Below, in pieces: positions 56,051 to 64,000 of a DNA stretch of 64,000 nt. A program made the translations under genes and the position numbers. Each line of letters starts with the position of its first letter. Positions within the stretch are counted from its first letter, which is position 1. Under the pieces are notes generated by a model. The model made no database searches, was not told the origin of the DNA, and saw only the letters and a list, made by a program, of their open reading frames with translations. The stretch is from the human T2T-CHM13v2.0 reference genome, Homo sapiens, in NCBI RefSeq assembly GCF_009914755.1, contig NC_060940.1. One strand, 5' to 3'.

Positions 56051-59000
56051 CGATGATTCCATTATATTCCATTCAACGATGATTCCATTCGAGTCCATTC
56101 GATGATTCCATTAGAGTACATTTAATGATTGCTTTGTTTTCAATTCGAAGATGATTACATTGGATTCCATTCTATGATTCCATTCGATTCCATTCATTGA
56201 TGATTCCACCCAATTCCATTCGATGATGATTCCATTCGATTTCATTCAATGATTCTACTCGATTCCATTCAATGATGATTCAATTCTATTCCGTATGTTG
56301 ATTCCATTAGATTCCATTCTATGATGATTCCATTCGAGTCCATTCGAAGATTTCATTCGATTACATTCCATGACGATTCCATTCGAGTCCATTCGATGAT
56401 TCCATTTGAATCCATTCGACGATGATTCCATTTGATGCTATTCGATGATTCCATTGGATTCCATTCGATGATGATTCCATTCGACTTGATTTGATGTTTC
56501 TATTTGAGTCCATTCGGTTATTTTATTAGACTACATTCGATGATGATTCCATTCGATGCCATTCAATGATTCCATTTGATTCCACTCAATGATGATTGCA
56601 TTCGTGTCCATTCGATGATTCCATTTGGTTCCATTTGATGATGATTCCATTCGAGTCCATTCGATGATACCATTCAATTCCATTCGATGATCATTCCATT
56701 CGAATCCATTTGATGATTCCACTCAATTCCATTTGATGACTCCTTTCATTCCCATTCGATGATTCCCTTCAGTTCCAATTGGATGATCTTTCCATTTGAT
56801 TCAATATGGTGACTCCATTCTATTATATTCAATGATGATTCCATTCGACTCCATTAGATGATGACTCCATTCCATTCCATTCGATTGTGATTTCATTCGA
56901 TTCCATTCGAAGATGATTCCATTCGAGTCCATTTGATGATTCCATTCGATTCCATTCAATGATGATTCCACTCAAATCCATTGGATGATTCCATTCGTTT
57001 CCAATTGGTGATTTCATTAGATTCCATTCGAGGATGATTCTATTCGAGTCCATTCAATGATTCCATTGGATTCCGTTTGATAATGATTCCATTAGAGTTC
57101 ATTCGATGATTCCCTTCGAGTCCATTCGATTATTTCTTTTGATTCCATTTGATGATGATTCCATTCGATTCCGTTCAATGATTCCATTCCATTCCATTCG
57201 ATGATGATTCCATTCGATAATGATTACATTCGAGCCCATGTGATGATTCCATTAGATTCTATTCAATGATGATTCCATTCGACCACATTCGATGATGGCA
57301 TTCGAGTCCATTCGATGATTTCACTCGATTCCACTTGATGATGATTCCTTTTGAGTCCATTTGATGATTACATTCGAGTCCATGAGATGACTCCATTCGA
57401 TTCCATTTCATGATGATGCAATTCGAGGCTATTCGATCATCCCATTTTAGTGCATTCGGTGATTCTCTTTTATTACATTCGATGAGGGCTCCATTCGAGT
57501 CCATTCAATGATTCCATTAGATTCCACTCGATGATGATTCCATTTGAGTCCATTCAAAGATTCCTTTCGAGTCCATTCGATAATTCTATTGGATTCCACT
57601 AGGTGATGATTCCTTTCGAGTCAATTCGATGATTCCTTTCAAGTGCCTTCAATGATTCCATTCGATTCCATTCGATGACGATTCATTTCAAGTCCATTCA
57701 GTGGTTCCATTCTGTTGAATTTGATGGTTCCATTTGATTCCATTCGATGATGATTCCATTCGTGTCCATTGGATGATTCCATTCGATTCCTTTCGAGGAA
57801 GATTCCATTCGACTCCATTCGATGATTCCGTTCGATTCCATTCCATGATGATTCCATTTGATTCCATTCCATGATTCCATTCGATACCATTCGATGATGA
57901 TTCCATTCGACTCCATTTGATGAATCCATTCAATGCTTCCATTCGAGTCCATTCGATGATTCCATTCGATTCCATTCCATGAAGATTCCATTCGAGTACA
58001 TTTGATGATTCCATTTAATTCCATAGGATGATGATTCTATTAGGGTCCGTTGACTATTCCATTCAATTCCATTCGAAGACTCCATTCGAGTCCACTCGAT
58101 GATTCTATTTGATTCCATTTGATAATTCCATTCGATTCCATTTGATGTTGATTCCATTCGAGTCCATTCGATCATTATTACATTTGATTCTATTCGATGA
58201 TTCCATTCGATTCCATTTGATGAGGATTCCATTCGAGACCATTTGATGATTCCATTCAATTCCATTGGATGATTCCAATATTTTCCATTAGATGATGATT
58301 CCATTCGATTCCATTCAATGATGATTCCATCAGAATCCATTCGATGATGACTCCTTTTGCTTCCATTCAATGATCATTACATTCGGTTCCATTCGATGAT
58401 GATTCCTTTGGATTCCATTCGATGATGCTTCCATTCGATTCCATTTGATGATGATTCTTTTCGATTCCATTTGATGATGATTCCATTTGATTCCATTCGA
58501 TGGTGATTCCATTTGATGATTCCATTCGATTGTATTCGATGATGATTCCACTCGATTCTATTTGACGATGACTGCATTCGATTCCATTTGATGATTCCAT
58601 TTGATTCCATTCGATGATGATTCTGATCAATTGCATTCGATGATCCATTCGATTCCATTTGATGGTTCCATTTGATTCCATTTGATAATGATTCCTTTCG
58701 AGTCCATTCGATGATTCCATTTGCGGATATTCGATAATTCCATTTGAGTCCAACCGATGATTCCATTCGAGGCCATTCAATCATTCTTTTTGAGTCCTTT
58801 CGATAAAGATTCCATTTTAGTCCATTCAATAATTCCACTGGAGTCCATTCGATGATTGCTTTTAATTCCATTCGATGATATTCCATTCGAGTCCATTCGA
58901 TGATTCCATTCGTTGCTACTAGATGATGATTCCATTCATGACCATTTAGTGATTCCATTCGATTTCATTCGTTGATGATTCCATTCGAGTCCATTCCATG

Positions 59001-62000
59001 ATTCCATTCAAGTCCATTTGATGATTTCTTTGAATTCAATTCGATGATGATTCCATTCGAGTCCATTCGATGATTCCATTCAGTTCCATTCGATGATGAT
59101 TCCTTTCGAGACCATATGATGATTCCATTTGATTTCATTCGATGATGATTCCATTCGATTCCATTCGATGATTCCATTCTATTCCATTCGATGATGATTC
59201 CATTCGAGTCCATTTAATGATTCCATTGGGTTCAATTCAATGATGATTACATTGGATTCTCTTCTATGATACCATTCAATTCCGTTCATTGACAATTTGA
59301 TTCCATTCGATGATGATTCCATTTGAGTTCATTCGATGATTCTATTCGATTCTCTTCGATGGTGATTCAATTCTATTATATTGGATGATTCCATTCGATT
59401 CCATTTGATGTTGATTCAATTCGATTCTATTCGATGATGATTCCATTGGATTTCATTTGATGATTCTATTCGATTCCATTCAATGATGATTCACTTCTCG
59501 TCCATTGGATGATTCCATTTCATTCCATTCGATGATGATTCCATTCGATTCCATTCGATGATTCCATTTGATTCCATTCGACGGTGAGCAATTCGATTCA
59601 ATTCCATGATGATTCTATTTGATTCAGTTAGATGATGTTTCCATTCGAATCCATTCCATGATTATTCCATTGGAATCCATTCGGCGATGATTCCATATGA
59701 GTCAATTCAATGATGCTTCCATATGGGTCAGTTCGATGATAATTCCATTTGATTTCATTCGATGCTTCTATTCAATTCCAGTCGATGATGATTCCGTTGG
59801 AGTCCATACGATGACTCCATTTGATTTCATTTGATGATGATTCCATTCGATTCCATTCGATGACTCCATTCTGTTCCATTCGATGATGATTCCATTCGAG
59901 TCCATTCGATGATTCCATTCGAGTCCATTTCATGATTCCATTGGGTTCAATTCGATGATGATTACACTGGATTCCATTCTATGATTCCATTCAATTCCAT
60001 TCGTTGATGATTCGATTCCATTCAATGATGATTCCATTTGAGTTCATTCGATGATTCTATTCGATTCCGTTTGATGGTGATTCAATTCTATTATATTGGA
60101 TGATTCCATTCGATTCCATTTGATGATGATTCCATTCGATTCCATTCGATGATGATTCCATTTGATTCCATTTGATGTTGATTCTATTCGATTCTATTCA
60201 ATGATGATTCCATTCGATTTCATTTGATGATTCTATTCGATTCCTTTCGATGATTCTATTCCATTCCATTCGATGATGATTCAATTCTCTTCCATTGGAT
60301 GATTCCATTTTATTCCATTCGACGATGACTCCATTTGATTCCATTCAATGATGATTCCATTCGATTCCATTCGGTGATTCCATTTGATTCCATTCGACGG
60401 TGAGCAATTTGATTCAATTCCATAATGATTCTATTTGATTCAATTAGATGATGTTTCCATTCGAATCCATTCGGTGATGATTCCATTGGTATCCATTCGA
60501 CGATGATTCCATATGAGTCAATTCGATGATGATTCCATACGAGTCCGTTGGATGATAATTCCATTTGATTTCATTCAATCCTTCTATTCGATTCCATTTG
60601 ATGATGATTCCATCTGAATCCATTCTCCGATTCCATTCGATTTCATTCGATGCTTCTATTTGATTTCATTCGAAGATGATTCCTTTCAATTCCGTTCATT
60701 AATTCCATTTGATTCCATTCGATGATGATTCCATCCGATTCCATTGGATGATGATTCCATTCGAGTCCATTCGATGATTCCGTTCTAATCCATTCTATGA
60801 TTCCATTCGAGTCCATTCGATGATTCCATTCGATTCCATTCAGTGATGATTCCATTTGATTCCATCTGATGATGATTTCATTTGATTCCATTCGATGATG
60901 ATTCCATTGGAGTCCATTGAATGATTCAATTCAATTCCATTCCATGTGGATTCCATTCGAATTCATTCGATTATTCCATTCAAATCCCTTCGTTGATTCC
61001 ATCTGATTCCACTTGACGATGATTCCATTCAAGTCCAATCGATGATTCCATTCGGTTCCATTCAATGATTCCATTCGAGTCCATTTATGTATTATATTCG
61101 TGTCCACTTGATGACTCCATTCAATTCCATTTAATGATGATTCCATTTGATTCCATTTGATGATTCAGTTCGATTCCTTACAATGATTCCCTACGATTCC
61201 TTTCTATGATGATTCCATTCGATTCCATTCATTGATGATTCCATTCGACTCCATTCAATGATGATTCCTTTCGATTCCATTTGACGATGTTTCCATTTGA
61301 GTCCATTCGATGATGATTCCATTGGTATCCATTCGACGATGATTCCATATGAGTCAATTCGATGATGATTCCATACGAGTCCGTTGGATGATAATTCCAT
61401 TTGATTTCATTCAATCCTTCTATTCGATTCCATTTGATGATGATTCCATCTGAATCCATTCTCCGATTCCATTCGATTTCATTCGATGCTTCTATTTGAT
61501 TTCATTCGAAGATGATTCCTTTCAATTCCATTCATTAATTCCATTTGATTCCATTCGATGATGATTCCATCCGATTCCATTGGATGATGATTCCATTCGA
61601 GTCCATTCGATGATTCCGTTCTAATCCATTCTATGATTCCATTCGAGTCCATTCGATGATTCCATTCGATTCCATTCAGTGATGATTCCATTTGATTCCA
61701 TCTGATGATGATTTCATTTGATTCCATTCGATGATGATTCCATTGGAGTCCATTGAATGATTCAATTCAATTCCATTCCATGTGGATTCCATTCGAATTC
61801 ATTCGATTATTCCATTCAAATCCCTTCGTTGATTCCATCTGATTCCACTTGACGATGATTCCATTCAAGTCCAATCGATGATTCCATTCGGTTCCATTCA
61901 ATGATTCCATTCGAGTCCATTTATGTATTATATTCGTGTCCACTTGATGACTCACTCCATTCAATTCCATTTAATGATGATTCCATTTGATTCCATTTGA

Positions 62001-64000
62001 TGATTCAGTTCGATTCCTTACAATGATTCCCTACGATTCCTTTCTATGATGATTCCATTCGATTCCATTCATTGATGATTCCATTCGACTCCATTCGATG
62101 ATGATTCCTTTCGATTCCATTTGACGATGTTTCCATTTGAGTCCATTCGATGATGATTCAATTCAGTTCTGTTCTATTGTGAATCCATTCGATTTCATTC
62201 AATGCTTCTATTTGATTCCATTCGACGATGATTCCATCTCTTTCCCTTCGATGATTCCATTTGATTCCATTCAGTGATGATTCCATTTGATTCCATCTGA
62301 TGATGATTTCACTTGATTCATTTCAATGATGATTCCATTCAAGTCCATTCGATGATTCCATTGGAGTCCAAACGATCATTCCATTCGATTCCATTCAATG
62401 ATGATTCCATTCATGTCCATTCAATGAATCCTTTCAATTCCATTCGATGATGACTCCATTCGAGTACATTCGATGATTCCATTTGATTCCATTTGATGAT
62501 GATTACATTCAATTCCATTCGAAGATGATTCCATTCAATTCCACTTGATGATGATTCCGTATGAATCCATTCGCTGATTATTCCATTCGATTCCATTCAT
62601 TGACGATTCCATTCGATTCCATTCAATGATGATTCTCTTCTATTGCATTCGATGATTCCGTTCGATTCCATTCGATGATGATTCCATTAGATTCCATTCG
62701 ATTGTTGCATTCGATTCCCTTCGATGATGATTCCTTTGAATTCCATTCGATTATGATTCCGTATGAATCCATTTGATGATTATTCCATTGGATTCCTTTC
62801 GATGATGATTCCATTCGATTCCATTTGATGATGTTTCTCATGTATTCCATTTGATAATTCCTTTCAATTCCCTTCGATGATGATTCTTTCGAGTCAATTC
62901 GATGATTCTATTCCATTCCCTTCGATGATGATTCCATTTCACTCCATTCGATGATTCCATTCGATTCAATTTGGTGATGATTCAATTCGATGACATTCGA
63001 TGACTCCATTCAATTTCATTTGATGATGATTACATTCGAGTCCATTTGATGATTGTATTCCTTTCCTTTTGATGATTATTCCATTCGTGTCTATTCAAAG
63101 ATTCCATTCTATTCCATTCAATGATGATTCCAATTGATTCCATTCAATGATTATGGCTATCGATTCCACTCGTTGATTCCATTTGATTCCATTCGATGAT
63201 TATTCCGTTAGATTCCATTAGGAGATTCCATTCGATTTTATTCAATGATTCCAATTGATTCCATTCAATGATGATTCCATTCCACTCCGTTCAGTGATTC
63301 CATTTGAGTCCATTTGAGGATTCCATTCGAGTCCATTTGATGATTCCATTCTTTTCCATTTGATGATGATTCCATTAGGGTCCATTCAATGATTCCATTC
63401 GAGTCCATTCGTTAATGTCTTTCGAGTCCTTTTGATCACTACATTCGAGTCCATTCAATGATTCTATTCGATTCCATTCCATGATGATTCCATTCGAGTT
63501 CATTCGATGATTGCATTCGAGTCCATTTGATGATTCCATAAGATTCCATTCGACAATGATTCCATTCGTGTCCATTTGATGATTCCATTTATTTCCTATC
63601 GATGAAGATTCCATTCGAGTGTATTCGATGATTCCATTCAAATCCATTCGATGATGATTCCATTCCAGTCCATTCGATCATTCCACTTGATTCCATTTGA
63701 TGACTATTCCATTCAAATCCATTTGATGATTCCATTCGATTCCATTCGATGTTACCATTCCAGTATATACGATGATTCCACTCGATTCCATTTGATGATT
63801 ATTCCATTGGAGTCGACTTAGTGAATCCTTTAGATTCTACTCGAAGATGATTCCATTCGAGTCCATTCGATGATACCATTCAATTCCATTCGTTGATGCT
63901 TCCATTCAAGTGCATTCGATGATATCATTCGATTCCATTTGATGATAATTCCATTTGATTCCATGTGATGATTCTATTCCATTCCATTCAATGATAATTC
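56051..64000 (+). repeat. Higher-order unit, copy 5 (partial, truncated by the window end)
   Basis: The landmark is at 56051. Offsets against copy 1 are 56050, 56054 (4-bp TTCA gain near 56241), 56080 and 56106. It carries both 26-bp segments and the 426-bp segment. Confidence 0.93.
60475..62159 (+). repeat. Internal ~0.84-kb tandem duplication (copy 5)
   Basis: ORF pairs 60643/61479 and 60931/61767, offset 836. Confidence 0.88.

Larger units (their letters stand above)
1..64000 (+). repeat. Classical satellite II (HSat2/HSATII) array, CATTC strand on +
   Basis: Continuous diverged (ATTCCATTCG)n punctuated by ATG/ATGATG, giving 23-bp (GATGATTCCATTCGAGTCCATTC) and 26-bp monomers, with dense TCGA and GANTC sites. 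This is the HSat2 signature, unlike the simpler (CATTC)n of HSat3. No unique sequence was seen. Confidence 0.97.

Noticed and set aside
477-63647. Numerous minus-strand ORFs of 60-200 aa with MESSNGIEWNH-like repeats
   Set aside because: They are direct translations of the GAATG/GAATC strand. They overlap in all three frames, have no domain or gene context, and change with monomer indels.
1-64000. CRISPR-like or other repeat-spacer array, suggested by the 23-26-bp periodicity
   Set aside because: There are no unique spacers, leader or cas genes. All intervening sequence is the same degenerate satellite.
1-64000. Embedded Alu/L1/ERV, alpha satellite, HSat3 blocks or strand inversions
   Set aside because: None was seen by eye. 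The CATTC orientation is constant, there is no poly(A) or unique tract, and pure CATTC runs are only a few units long.
1-64000. Assignment to a specific chromosome, HSat2 subfamily or species
   Set aside because: This needs k-mer classification or mapping to T2T assemblies and cannot be determined reliably by eye.

Overview
The whole 64-kb window is primate (human-type) classical satellite II (HSat2/HSATII), a pericentromeric heterochromatin repeat. It is built from diverged 23- and 26-bp CATTC-based monomers (GATGATTCCATTCGAGTCCATTC, with or without an extra GAT), with the CATTC strand on + throughout. I see no genes, RNA genes, transposon insertions, CRISPR arrays or inversions, and all listed ORFs are translation artefacts of the repeat. 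I found no support for a new protein-coding system. What can be supported is the array architecture, a near-identical ~12.6-kb higher-order unit: copy 1 at 1-12613, copy 2 at 12614-24852, copy 3 at 24853-37491 and a partial copy 5 at 56051-64000. It is interrupted by a rearranged 18.6-kb block (37492-56050) that holds an 8.3-kb tandem pair and part of a more diverged ~6.1-kb circuit. Other observations are monomer-sized indels, mosaic variant sharing between copies, and DUX4-type motifs whose number changes with structural variants. Coordinates come from ORF-track offsets and by-eye reading, so breakpoints are approximate (tens of bp).
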